Part shown: positions 34,563 through 44,116 of the stretch, piece by piece | Numbering within the stretch: the stretch's first letter is position 1 | Layout: each line of letters begins with the position of its first letter | From: Vicinamibacterales bacterium | GTDB lineage: Bacteria > Acidobacteriota > Vicinamibacteria > Vicinamibacterales > UBA8438 | Length of the DNA stretch: 64,000 nt | Direction: 5' to 3' | Assembly: GCA_965214865.1 (NCBI GenBank) | Contig: CBDCCN010000004.1 | Location: 12,512 to 76,511, forward strand | Notes under the pieces: generated by a model | Database searches by the model: none | The model's input: the letters and a program-made list of their open reading frames with translations, nothing else | Told to the model about the DNA's origin: nothing | Position numbers and translations under genes: made by a program

Positions 34563-35341
34563 TGTTCGGGCGGCGAAGACGTCCCGGCCAGGGAGTGACC
34601 GCGGCGGTCCCGACGTGCGGCAGACCCGACAAGTTGCGCGAATGCATAGAACGCCTCCTCGTCGACGACGTCATCGAGAGAGTGCTCGTCTGGGACAGCG
34701 CCCCCTGCGAGAAGAATCGTGCGCTCGCCGCGGAGTTTGCCATCGTCTCGGTGGTGGAATCCGAACGCCTTACCGGTCCGGCCGAAGCACGCTTCGAGCT
34801 CGCCCGGCGGGTCGAGACCGACTTCACCCTCTACACGGATGACGATCAGTATGCCCGGAACGGCGCGGTCGCCGAGATGCTGCGGTTGATGACGCGACAT
34901 TCCGCCGTCCAGATCCTCGGCGGCGCGCTATGTCACGACGGAAAGTGTTGGAACGTCGCCCAACACATCAACTTCGGCCGAATCGGCGGCGAACTGACGG
35001 TGCACAAGACCTTCACGCACCCGCAGGATCTCGATCGGTTGGGTATCGACATGATCGCAGCGGACATCACGAATCCGAACATGCTGGTGCGGACTCCGGC
35101 GTTCAGGAGGGTGAACTTCGATCCGAGGTTCGATTTCTTTTTCGACCTCTACGATTTCGGCATGCAGTGCAAGCGCGAGGGAATCCAGGTCTTCGCGACC
35201 CATCGCGCCGTCTTCGAGCACGACGCCGGAGGTTACACGGGTCCGACGATGCGGGCCGCCGACCGTGAGCTCGATCGGCAGAAATTCATGACCAAGTGGG
35301 GTGTCCGGCAGATCGGGCCTACCGGGGGAGGTTGGCGGTGA
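34559..35341 (+). CDS. GT-A fold (family 2-like) glycosyltransferase
   Basis: VTAAVPTCGRPDKLRECIERLL...VLVWDSAP...LYTDDDQYA (DxD-type motif). ATGA overlap with the upstream stop. Confidence 0.7.
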   Translation: MMFGRRRRPGQGVTAAVPTCGRPDKLRECIERLLVDDVIERVLVWDSAPCEKNRALAAEFAIVSVVESERLTGPAEARFELARRVETDFTLYTDDDQYARNGAVAEMLRLMTRHSAVQILGGALCHDGKCWNVAQHINFGRIGGELTVHKTFTHPQDLDRLGIDMIAADITNPNMLVRTPAFRRVNFDPRFDFFFDLYDFGMQCKREGIQVFATHRAVFEHDAGGYTGPTMRAADRELDRQKFMTKWGVRQIGPTGGGWR

Positions 35342-37353
35342 CCGTGAAGCACCGCGCCGCACTGCTTCGCTGGGTCTCCGTCGCGATCCTGACGTGGTTT
35401 TCGATCTGGATATTCTTCTTCCAGCATGCAACACCGTGGCAACTGACGCTCCTGCTCTCCCCCGTTCTGTCGGCGCTCGGACTCGCGGCGGTCGCGGTCG
35501 CCGGCCGCCGGCCGCGTCTCGGTCCGTGGTCGTACTGGTTCGGGGCGTTGCTCCTCCATATCGTGCTGGCCGGCGCGTCCAACCCGTCCTTCTTTGCGTC
35601 GTGGCGGTACACGGAGGCTTTCCTGCTCGTCGCAGTGCTCGGGACGCCCATCCTGCTCGCCTCGAGCCAGGCGGCGATCCGCGCACGGATCCTCTGCGGA
35701 ATCTGCATCGTGCTGTCCCTGGCCAGCCTGCTGGACAATATCGGAATCGGCGTGCGGCCAGGCGTGGCGGGCTTCGTGAACTCGGAGCCGGGATTGAATC
35801 TCGAGATGACTCCATACCGGGCCACGCCAAGCTCCGTGGACTCGGAGTCGGAATCGGAGGGGATGTGGATCGAGATCCCCACCGACAGGTCGCAGCCCCC
35901 CTATCGGAGGAGTCAGAAGGCAAGCGAAACCTGGATTCTGTTTCTGACCTGGATCGCCCTGGCGGCTCTCCGGCCCGCGACACGACGAGACTGGCTCGCC
36001 GCAGCAGGCTTCATGGCCATCGCCGGACTCGCCATCGCCACGGGATATTCGTGGATGACCCGGCTGACCTTCGTCGCCGGCATCTGTGTGTTCCTCGCGG
36101 TACTCTCGGCCCCTCGTTTCATGCGCGGATTCTCGCTGGCCGCGCTCCTCGTGGTTTTCCTGGGCGCCCCGGTCGCAGCGGAAGCCGCCTGGTCATGGTT
36201 CACGAGCCATCCGGACGTCTTCGAGGGACTCCGTGATCCGCATCGCTTCGTGCTGCGGCTCGCTCGTTACGAGTACTGGGCCGAGATGATCGAACGACAG
36301 CCCTGGACCGGCCTCGGGCTCGGCGCCTTCCGGGAGTTGCCGGGGCTCCCGTTCCACGAACTCTTCGGAGCAAGGGCGTATCCAGCGAGCCTTCAGCGGT
36401 ACCTGTTCGAGGACAGGACCCTCTTCCCGCACAACTTCGCCCTGCACGTGTGGGGCGAGCTCGGAGCGTTCGGAGTGCTCCTCGCCACCGGTTTCGTCGC
36501 GAGTCTGCTCGTCAACGTCTTTCCCGTGCGGCGGTGGGACGTCGGCGCAGCCGCCCGGGTTACGCTGCTGGCTGCCGTTCTCCTTGTCCACGGCGTCGAC
36601 CGCGTGGCCTGGACCGAACAGAACGCCGCGCAGCTCTTCCTTGCGGCCGGGCTCGCGGCCGGAACCATGCGCGATCGCGACCGCTCCGCGCCGGCGACGG
36701 CGTTGCCCGGCTTGTCGCGGCGCGGCGAGAGACTCCTGATCCTGTCCGTGCTGCTGATCGGCCTGCTTGTCGCGGCGGGGAATCGCGCGCGGATACACCT
36801 CGCCGACAGTCGCTACGTGCCGGAGCACACGCTGCTCGACGTCGAACGCGGCGAGGTCCGCCGGCATCGCGCGGAGGAGATCGTTCTCGACGGGTGCGCA
36901 GGCGACTATGGGGACCGGCTCGACGGGTGCGCAGCCGGCTTCATCGACCGGGTGGCGCGTCGCGGCGGGAACGTGTTCGAGGTGCGCGGCTGGGCGTCGG
37001 ACCCCGCGGCGGCCGGCGAAGTCCTGCAGGTGCTCGTCTTCCACGGCGCGGAGCTGCTCGGCGCGACCCGAACGGGACGCGCCCGTCCCGATCTGCAACG
37101 CCCGTCCAGCCTGCCCAACCTGGACCTGCTCTTCGCCGGGTTCTCGCTGCGCATACGCCGGCAGCAGGACTGGAACCCGCAGCCGCACGAGCTCCACGCG
37201 GTCGTTCTCGGTTCGTCCGGCTCCTTCCTGCTCAGGCATGTCCGAACCGCCGCCGGGGGATCCGGCAGCCGGACCGGCATGCAACCGTGCCCGGCTGCGC
37301 GGTCGGCGAGGTCAACCGGGTCTGGAACGCGATCGACACCCGGGTTAGATTAG
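35338..37353 (+). CDS. O-antigen ligase/polymerase-like (Wzy_C-type) polytopic membrane protein with an extra C-terminal soluble domain
   Basis: At least 10 hydrophobic helices. Has the loop motif RYEYWAEMIERQPWTGLGLGAF...PHNFALHVWGELGAFG. GTGA overlap with the upstream stop. About 200 aa follow the last TM segment. Confidence 0.75.
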   Translation: MTVKHRAALLRWVSVAILTWFSIWIFFFQHATPWQLTLLLSPVLSALGLAAVAVAGRRPRLGPWSYWFGALLLHIVLAGASNPSFFASWRYTEAFLLVAVLGTPILLASSQAAIRARILCGICIVLSLASLLDNIGIGVRPGVAGFVNSEPGLNLEMTPYRATPSSVDSESESEGMWIEIPTDRSQPPYRRSQKASETWILFLTWIALAALRPATRRDWLAAAGFMAIAGLAIATGYSWMTRLTFVAGICVFLAVLSAPRFMRGFSLAALLVVFLGAPVAAEAAWSWFTSHPDVFEGLRDPHRFVLRLARYEYWAEMIERQPWTGLGLGAFRELPGLPFHELFGARAYPASLQRYLFEDRTLFPHNFALHVWGELGAFGVLLATGFVASLLVNVFPVRRWDVGAAARVTLLAAVLLVHGVDRVAWTEQNAAQLFLAAGLAAGTMRDRDRSAPATALPGLSRRGERLLILSVLLIGLLVAAGNRARIHLADSRYVPEHTLLDVERGEVRRHRAEEIVLDGCAGDYGDRLDGCAAGFIDRVARRGGNVFEVRGWASDPAAAGEVLQVLVFHGAELLGATRTGRARPDLQRPSSLPNLDLLFAGFSLRIRRQQDWNPQPHELHAVVLGSSGSFLLRHVRTAAGGSGSRTGMQPCPAARSARSTGSGTRSTPGLD

Positions 37354-38327
37354 TGTCTGCCGTGGCGACCGTCTCCATCATAATCCGCGCCCTGAACGAA
37401 GCCGCCCATCTCCCGACGCTGTTCGACGGCATCGCCCGTCAGATACGCCAGCCAGAGGAAGTCGTCCTCGTCGATTCGGGGTCGACCGACGCCTCGGTGG
37501 CGATCGGCGAACGGGCCGGAGCACGCATCGTCAGGATCGCGCCCTCGACGTTCACGTTCGGGCGGGCGCTCAATACCGGTTGCGCCGAGGCGTCGGGCGA
37601 TCTGTTCGTCTTCGCAAGCGCCCATACCTATCCGGCCTGCGAGCACTGGCTGCAGCGGCTGGTGGCGCCGCTGGAGGCGTTCGACGACGTCGCGCTCGTC
37701 TACGGCCGCCAGATCGGTGACGAACGCACCAGCTTCTCCGAGCTGGAAGTGATGCGGCACTGGTTTCCGGCCACGTCCGATCCGGATCAGGATCATCCGT
37801 TCTGCAACAACGCCAACTGCGCGGTGCGGGCGTCGGTGTGGCGAACCCGCCGTTACGACGAAGCGCTGCCCGGACTCGAAGACGTCGAGTGGGCGCTCCG
37901 GGCCCGACAGGACGGCCATCGAATCTGGTACGAAGCGGACGCGCCGGTCGTCCACGTGCACGAGGAGACGTTCGCGCAAAGGGTAAACCGCTACCGGCGG
38001 GAGGCAATCGCCCACAAACGAATCTTCAGCCACCACCGGATGTACGCGCCGGAGGCCGTCGCTCTCTTCGCAGCCAACACGGTACGTGACTACCTCGCCG
38101 CCCTGCGGCAACGCCGCCTGCTGGCGAACCTGTGGGCGATCCCCGGATTCCGCGCCGCGCAGTTCCGGGGAACCTGGTTGGGGTTCCGTCAGGTCGGCGA
38201 ACCGTCGATGGCGCTGAAGCGTCGATTCTATTACCCCGAAGGCTTCGAGCGCCCTCCGGGACGGACCTTTCCCGGATCGCGGAGCACGAAGGACACGAAG
38301 GCAACCCTGAAGGAAGAGCCCTCGTGA
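37353..38327 (+). CDS. Family 2 glycosyltransferase
   Basis: VSIIIRALNEAAHLPTLFDGI...VVLVDSGSTDAS...FVFASAHTYP...EDVEWA is a classic GT2 N-terminal pattern. The GTG start overlaps the upstream TAG by 1 nt. Confidence 0.85.
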   Translation: MSAVATVSIIIRALNEAAHLPTLFDGIARQIRQPEEVVLVDSGSTDASVAIGERAGARIVRIAPSTFTFGRALNTGCAEASGDLFVFASAHTYPACEHWLQRLVAPLEAFDDVALVYGRQIGDERTSFSELEVMRHWFPATSDPDQDHPFCNNANCAVRASVWRTRRYDEALPGLEDVEWALRARQDGHRIWYEADAPVVHVHEETFAQRVNRYRREAIAHKRIFSHHRMYAPEAVALFAANTVRDYLAALRQRRLLANLWAIPGFRAAQFRGTWLGFRQVGEPSMALKRRFYYPEGFERPPGRTFPGSRSTKDTKATLKEEPS

Positions 38328-38995
38328 ACGTCGTCGCCTTCGTGCCCATGCGTCATACCAGCGAACGCGTGCCCGGGAAAAACTATCGCCCTCTCGACGG
38401 CCGGCCGTTGTTCCAGCATATGGTGCTGGCGCTTCTGGCCTGTCCGGAGGTCACGCAGATCGTCATCGACACCGACAGCACGACCGTCACGGAGCAATGC
38501 GCCGCGCACTTTCCGTCGGTACGGGTGCTCGACCGCCCGCGGGGCCTGTGCGGCGGCGACGTGCCGGTGACCGAAGTGCTGCGCCACGCCGCCGGCGTCG
38601 TCGACAGCGAGTGGTACCTCCAGACCCACTCCACCAGTCCGCTGCTGCGGTCCGAGACCATTTCCTCGGGTCTGCGCACCCTGGGCGCAAGCCTCGACCG
38701 CCACGACTCGCTGCTGTCGGTGACCCGGCTGCAGACCAGGCTCTACGACGCCGGCGGCCGGCCGATCAACCATGATCCGGAGGTGTTGTTGCGCACCCAG
38801 GACCTCCCGCCGCTCTTCGAGGAGAACTCCGGGATGTACGTGTTCACGCGCGCGCAGATCGCACGGGGCCGCCGGTTCGGCGCGCGGCCCCTGCTGTTTG
38901 AAATCGCTCCGATCGAGGCGATAGACATCGACACGGAATCGGACTTCATCCTGGCCGAAACCCTCCACCGCCTTCGGCGTGCGGGGACGCTGTGA
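38324..38995 (+). CDS. Acylneuraminate/CMP-sugar-type cytidylyltransferase (CTP_transf_3 family)
   Basis: VVAFVPMRHTSERVPGKNYRPLDGRPLFQHMV...IVIDTDS matches the NeuA/KdsB-like family. GTGA overlap with the upstream stop. Confidence 0.8.
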   Translation: MNVVAFVPMRHTSERVPGKNYRPLDGRPLFQHMVLALLACPEVTQIVIDTDSTTVTEQCAAHFPSVRVLDRPRGLCGGDVPVTEVLRHAAGVVDSEWYLQTHSTSPLLRSETISSGLRTLGASLDRHDSLLSVTRLQTRLYDAGGRPINHDPEVLLRTQDLPPLFEENSGMYVFTRAQIARGRRFGARPLLFEIAPIEAIDIDTESDFILAETLHRLRRAGTL

Positions 38996-39939
38996 AGGTC
39001 GCCGTCACCTGCCGGCAGCTCATCCGGGATCTCGATGACGTGCGGGGCGCAATGGAGGCGGCCGGATTCGATCTCCGGGTCCCCGACATCCCGGGCCAGC
39101 ACCTCGAAGGCGACGCACTGGTCGAGGCGCTGCAAGGATGTGTCGGCGTCGTGGCCGGTGACGATCGATTCACCGCGGCGGCGATCGCCCGGCTGCCCGC
39201 GCTGCGGGCGATCTCGAAGTGGGGCGTCGGCGTCGACGGGATCGACCGCGGCGCGGCGGCGGCGCGGGGTATCGTCGTCTCCAACACCCCGGCCGTCTTC
39301 GACGACGAGGTTGCCGACGTGGCGATGGCCTACACGATCATGCTGCTGCGCCGCCTGCACGTGATCCACGGCGGTGTGCGGCGCGGAGAATGGCCGCAGC
39401 CGGCCGGCCGCTCGGCGCGGGGGCGGCGGATGGGGATCATCGGCCTGGGCGGTATCGGGCGGGCGCTGGCGGCGCGCGCGCGCGTCGCGGGCATGGACGT
39501 GGTCGGGACCGATCCGGCGCCGGCAAGCCGCGCCGCGGCGGAGGCGGCCGCGGCGACGTGCGTCTCGCTCGACGAACTGCTGTCGACGAGCGACGTCGTG
39601 TCGCTGCACTGCCCGCTCACCCGCGAGACCCGCTACCTGCTGGACGGCGGCCGCCTCGCGGCGATGAAGCCGGGCGCCTGCGTGGTCAACACCGGCCGCG
39701 GCGCGCTGATCGACACGCCGGCGCTGGCCGCAGCGCTCCGGTCGGGCCACCTGGCCGGAGCCGCGCTCGACGTCCTGGAAGAAGAACCTCCGGCCCCGTC
39801 GAACCCGCTGATCGCCCTCGACAACGTGATCCTCGGGTCCCATAACGCGTCCAACACGCTGGAAGCCTCGGCGCGAACCCATCGCCGGGCAATCACCAAC
39901 CTGGCGCGTGCGCTCGGCCGGGAGGTCCGCTTCGCATGA
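38992..39939 (+). CDS. D-isomer-specific 2-hydroxyacid dehydrogenase family protein
   Basis: NAD-binding site GIIGLGGIGRALA. Catalytic-region motifs are VNTGRGALID and HNASNT. GTGA overlap with the upstream stop. Confidence 0.85.
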   Translation: MKVAVTCRQLIRDLDDVRGAMEAAGFDLRVPDIPGQHLEGDALVEALQGCVGVVAGDDRFTAAAIARLPALRAISKWGVGVDGIDRGAAAARGIVVSNTPAVFDDEVADVAMAYTIMLLRRLHVIHGGVRRGEWPQPAGRSARGRRMGIIGLGGIGRALAARARVAGMDVVGTDPAPASRAAAEAAAATCVSLDELLSTSDVVSLHCPLTRETRYLLDGGRLAAMKPGACVVNTGRGALIDTPALAAALRSGHLAGAALDVLEEEPPAPSNPLIALDNVILGSHNASNTLEASARTHRRAITNLARALGREVRFA

Positions 39940-40034
39940 CGTCCTCCCCCGCCGCGAAGGGCGGAGAGTCCTCCTGCGGTTGCAGTGTCGTGAGCCGCTT
40001 GCGAAAGCGTGCTCGGCCGGATTTCTTCCGGAGG

Positions 40035-40943
40035 CTACGCGCGCTTCCGCTTCCGGAGCGGGGCCACGGCTCCCGCCGCCGCCCCGGTCGCCGCCGCTTG
40101 CGACGTCCGCTTGCGCGCGGTCCTTGCGGCCCGCTTCGCAGGCGCCTTGACCGTCTTCTTCTTCGACGCGCTGACCTGGTCGAGGCTCCTGCGCAGCGCC
40201 TCCATCAGGTTGACCACCTTGGCGGGTGAATCGGCCTCCTCCTCGACCACCTCTTCGCCGGCCACCTTCGCATCGATGATGCGCCGCAGCTCCGCCTGAT
40301 ACCCGTCGGTGAACTCCGACAGATCGAGGTCGCCGGCGAAGGTGCCGATCACCTGCCGGGCAAGCTGCACCTCGGCGTCGTTGACCGTCTCCGGCAGGTC
40401 CTCGAGCTCCTCGATCGCCGACATCCGGCGCACCTCGCCCGCCGCCCGCAGCGTGAACATCATCAGGCCCTTCTCGCGCGGCTGCACGGCGACCAGATAC
40501 TCGCGCCCGAGCAGCGCCAGCTTGCCGATGCCGGCCTTCCCTTCGAGCGCTTCGCGGAGCACCGCGAACGCCTCGGCCGCCACCTTGCCGTCCGGCGCCA
40601 GGTAGTACGGGCGCTCGACGTAGATCGGGTCGATCGACTCGACGTCGGCGAATCGGAGCAGGTTGATGATCCGCGTGGACTCGGGCTTCGCCTTGGCGAG
40701 GTCCTCGTCGTCCACGACCACGTAGCGGCCCTTCTCGAACTCGTAGCCCTTGACGATCTCCGACTTGTCGACCTCGCGGTCGCACTCCTGGCACCACTTC
40801 TTCTGCCGGATCCGCGTCTGACACTCGGCGTGCAACTGGTTGAACCGGATCGCGCCGGTCACGCTGGTCGCGGGAAACACCCGCACCGGCACGTTCACCA
40901 GACTCACCTTCAGGTAACCCTTCCACGTCGGACGTGCGGCCAT
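40035..40943 (-). CDS. ku: Ku protein (NHEJ DNA end-binding)
   Basis: MAARPTWKGYLKVSLVNVPVRVFPAT...YEFEKGRYVVV...YYLAPDG, plus a Lys/Arg/Ala-rich C-terminal tail. ATG chosen at 40943. Confidence 0.9.
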   Translation of the reverse strand: MAARPTWKGYLKVSLVNVPVRVFPATSVTGAIRFNQLHAECQTRIRQKKWCQECDREVDKSEIVKGYEFEKGRYVVVDDEDLAKAKPESTRIINLLRFADVESIDPIYVERPYYLAPDGKVAAEAFAVLREALEGKAGIGKLALLGREYLVAVQPREKGLMMFTLRAAGEVRRMSAIEELEDLPETVNDAEVQLARQVIGTFAGDLDLSEFTDGYQAELRRIIDAKVAGEEVVEEEADSPAKVVNLMEALRRSLDQVSASKKKTVKAPAKRAARTARKRTSQAAATGAAAGAVAPLRKRKRA

Positions 40944-41232
40944 CGGTCGTGCTCCTTCCGTCGGGTTCACACACCCCGGCGGCGCGCGCCCGGGCGAACG
41001 CGGCGGCGCAACGCGCGGCCCGGCGCCCGGCGCGGGTCCACCTCATGCGCCGCCCGCTCGTTCAATATATCGGCACCGGACGCCGCCGGGTTCCATGGCG
41101 GCCGCGGATTCGGGCCCGAGCGGCGCCGACCAGGCAAGGCGGGACGCCCGGCGGCGCCGCCGCCGGGGCAATTCCGGGCGATCCGGGCCATTCCAGGTCG
41201 CGGCGCGTGCGCCGTTATGCTGGTAGCTTCCC

Positions 41233-43503
41233 ATGGCGAAGCAGCAGGCGCGACAACGGCGGGCGGTGACGACCTGGCGCGACGATCCGCGCGACGTGCG
41301 GCCGATGCTGGCCGTGGCGGCGCCCGCGAGCACGCACGCACGCCTCCTCGCGAGACCCGAGCTCGTCTTCGAACCGAAGTACGACGGTATCCGCGCACTC
41401 GTGGCCCTCGAGACCGGGGCGCGGGCCGCGATCCTCACGCGGCTCGGACGCGACAAGACCGGGCAGTTCCCGGATCTGGTCGAGCCGCTGACGACGTTCG
41501 GGCGCCGGCTCGGGCGGCCGGTGCTGCTCGACGGCGAGATCGTGGCGACCGGCGACGAAGGCGCGGCGCTGCAGTTCGAGCACCTCCAGGAACGGCTGCA
41601 GATCACCGGTGACGCGGTGCGCGCCGCCGTCCGCCGCGTCACGACGGCGCTCGTCGTCTTCGACGTGCTGCGCGACGGGGACGAGGATCTCCGGCCGCTG
41701 CCGTTCACGGAGCGCCGGCGGCGGCTGGAGCGCGTGATGCGCGACGCCGACTCGCATGCGGTGCGCCTGGTCGACAGCACGGTCGGCAACGGCGCCGAGC
41801 TGGCCGCCCGCGGCCGGGACCAGGACTGGGAAGGGATCATCGTCAAGCAGCCGGAGGGGCGCTACGTCAGCGGCAGCCGCGGTCCGGGCTGGCGGAAGCT
41901 GAAGTTCACGCTGACGGAGGAATTCGTGGTCGGCGGCTGGACCGCGCCCCGCGGGTCGCGCCGGCACTTCGGCGCCCTGCTTCTCGGCTACTACCCGGAG
42001 GGCGGCCGGCGCACACGAGCCGAGCGGCCCATCTTCGCCGGTCAGGTGGGAACCGGGTTCACCGACGCCGAGCTGGACCGCATCGCCGGGCTGCTGGCCC
42101 CGCTGGCGGCGCAGGGGGCCCCGTTCGTCGAGCTGGCGCCCCCGAAGCCGTCCGAGAAGCGCCGCTGGGTCGAGCCGGTCCTCGTGGCGCAAACGTCGTT
42201 CAGCCGCTGGACGCCCGACGGGGTGCTGCGTCATCCGGTCTATCTCGGCCTGCGGGACGACAAACAGCCGGAGGACGTGCGGCTCCCGGCCAGACGTCCT
42301 CCCGGCGCGCGTGCGCCCGAACGGGCTCCCGGTCGAGGTGCAGGCGCTGGTCGCCACCGGCCTCCTCCCGGCGTGCGCGCGCCCGAACGGACGGCGCGCC
42401 GCCCCGCGCCGCGGTCCTCCGGCCGCGCGGCGCGGCGATCGACCCGCGCCGCGCCGAGCCGGCCGGCGGGAACGCGGCCGGACGCGCCGCCTGCAGGACC
42501 GGCGCATCCGATGCACCCGGAACCGGCGGTCGACGATCTCCTGGCGCAGCTCGAAGAGCTGGAACGCAGCCGGCGGCGCGGCACCCTCGTCCTGAGCGAC
42601 GGCGCGCGCCTCCCGGCCGGCAACCTCCACAAGGTGTTCTGGCCCGAGCCGGGCGTCACCAAGGGGGAGCTGCTCCGTTTCTACCTGCGCATCGCCCCGT
42701 ATCTGCTGCCGGTCGTAGAGAACCGGCCGCTCGTCATGAAGCGGTTCCCCGACGGGGTGGACGGCAAGTCGTTCTACCAGCACCGCGCGCCCGACCCGCT
42801 GCCGGACGGCCTCCGCGCGGCGACCGTCCGCGAGAGTCCGGACGAGCCGGACTCGGTGGTGCCGTACCTGGTCGGGGGGCGGCTTCAGACCCTGCTCTAC
42901 ATGGCGCAGCTCGCCGTGCTATCCCAGGATCCCTGGTTCTCGACCCTGCCGGACATCGAGACGGCGGATCTGGCCGCGCTCGACCTCGACCCGATGCCGG
43001 ACGCGTCCTTCGACCGGGTGCTGGACGTCGCGTGCTGGCTGCACGACGAGCTCGACCGGCTCGGCGTGCCCTGCTGCGCCAAGACGTCGGGCGCCGCCGG
43101 GCTGCACATCTTCATTCCGCTCCCTCCCGGCACCCCCTACGAGGCGGGCATGATCTTCTGCCAGATCATCGCCACCGTGGTGGCGGATGCGCACCCGGCG
43201 GCGGCCACCGTCGAGCGCCTGGTCAAGGGGCGGCGGCCGGACGCCGTGTACATCGATTACCTCCAGAACATCTACGGCAAGACGCTCGCCTGCGCCTACA
43301 GCGCCCGCGCCAGCGCCTTCGCCGGCGTGTCGACGCCGCTCGCCTGGACGGAGGTGCACGAGGGAGTCGCGGCGGGACTCCGGCCGCGCGACTTCACGAT
43401 GCGATCGATCTTCGGGCGGCTCGAGCGGGTCGGAGACCTCTGGGCGGCGCTGCGCACGTCCGAGCCGGCGCGGCTCGAGGCGGCGTTCGCCTACCAGCGA
43501 TAG
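41233..43503 (+). CDS. ligD: ATP-dependent DNA ligase LigD (ligase domain + polymerase/primase domain)
   Basis: Ligase motif I is FEPKYDGIRAL. After an R/P/A-rich linker come PolDom motifs (KVFWPEPGVTKGELLRFY, LDLDP, KTSGAAGLHIFIPL). I saw no phosphoesterase domain. Confidence 0.88.
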   Translation: MAKQQARQRRAVTTWRDDPRDVRPMLAVAAPASTHARLLARPELVFEPKYDGIRALVALETGARAAILTRLGRDKTGQFPDLVEPLTTFGRRLGRPVLLDGEIVATGDEGAALQFEHLQERLQITGDAVRAAVRRVTTALVVFDVLRDGDEDLRPLPFTERRRRLERVMRDADSHAVRLVDSTVGNGAELAARGRDQDWEGIIVKQPEGRYVSGSRGPGWRKLKFTLTEEFVVGGWTAPRGSRRHFGALLLGYYPEGGRRTRAERPIFAGQVGTGFTDAELDRIAGLLAPLAAQGAPFVELAPPKPSEKRRWVEPVLVAQTSFSRWTPDGVLRHPVYLGLRDDKQPEDVRLPARRPPGARAPERAPGRGAGAGRHRPPPGVRAPERTARRPAPRSSGRAARRSTRAAPSRPAGTRPDAPPAGPAHPMHPEPAVDDLLAQLEELERSRRRGTLVLSDGARLPAGNLHKVFWPEPGVTKGELLRFYLRIAPYLLPVVENRPLVMKRFPDGVDGKSFYQHRAPDPLPDGLRAATVRESPDEPDSVVPYLVGGRLQTLLYMAQLAVLSQDPWFSTLPDIETADLAALDLDPMPDASFDRVLDVACWLHDELDRLGVPCCAKTSGAAGLHIFIPLPPGTPYEAGMIFCQIIATVVADAHPAAATVERLVKGRRPDAVYIDYLQNIYGKTLACAYSARASAFAGVSTPLAWTEVHEGVAAGLRPRDFTMRSIFGRLERVGDLWAALRTSEPARLEAAFAYQR

Positions 43504-43531
43504 CGGGCCGCATGGTAAGATGACGGTTCGC

Positions 43532-43608
43532 GCGCCCGTAGCTCAGCTGGATAGAGCGCCGGGCTTCGAACCCGTAGGTCGGGGGTTCAAATCCCTCCGG
43601 GCGCGCCA
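43532..43608 (+). tRNA. tRNA-Arg (anticodon TCG)
   Basis: Folded by hand: acceptor GCGCCCG/CGGGCGC, D-arm GCTC-AGCTGGATA-GAGC, anticodon loop CTTCGAA, T-arm GGGGG-TTCAAAT-CCCTC, encoded CCA. TGGTAAGAT (extended -10-like) lies just upstream of the start (ends ~10 nt before it). Confidence 0.9.
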
Positions 43609-43664
43609 GAAGCGAACACCGCTAGCCGCGCAGGAACCGGGTGGCGTGCGAATCGCGGGGACAG

Positions 43665-43741
<77 letters not shown>

Positions 43742-43786
43742 ATCTCCCCTATGGTGACGAAGACGATCGCGCGGGAGGGAGTGGCC

Positions 43787-44086
43787 ATGACGTGGCAGAG
43801 AGCCGGCCTCGCGGCCGCCATCGCCTTCGGGCTGACGCTGGTGGAGACGGCGCCGCACGCCGCCACCATGGCCATCGCCTGCATCGCCTTCTACGTGATC
43901 TCCAGGACCCTGGCCGGCAAGGCGGTGCTGGCGGACGGCACTCCCATCACCATGCAGAGCGGCGTGCCCGTGGCTGCGGTCCTGATGGGGTTGACGCTGG
44001 TGGACCTGTGGCCCCACGCGGTCACCCTGGCAATCGGCGTCGCGGTCATCTGGGCGGTTTGCGCACGCCTGGATTCCTCAGCCTGA
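43787..44086 (+). CDS. Small hydrophobic protein with an internal duplication (hypothetical)
   Basis: High third-position GC. ATG 43787 is preceded by GGGAGGGA. Two similar halves (GLTLVETAPHAATMAIACIAFYVI / GLTLVDLWPHAVTLAIGVAVIWAV). The ORF track starts at 43751. Confidence 0.5.
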   Translation: MTWQRAGLAAAIAFGLTLVETAPHAATMAIACIAFYVISRTLAGKAVLADGTPITMQSGVPVAAVLMGLTLVDLWPHAVTLAIGVAVIWAVCARLDSSA

Positions 44087-44116
44087 TCACTTCACTCCTC
44101 CGCCGCCGTTCTATTT

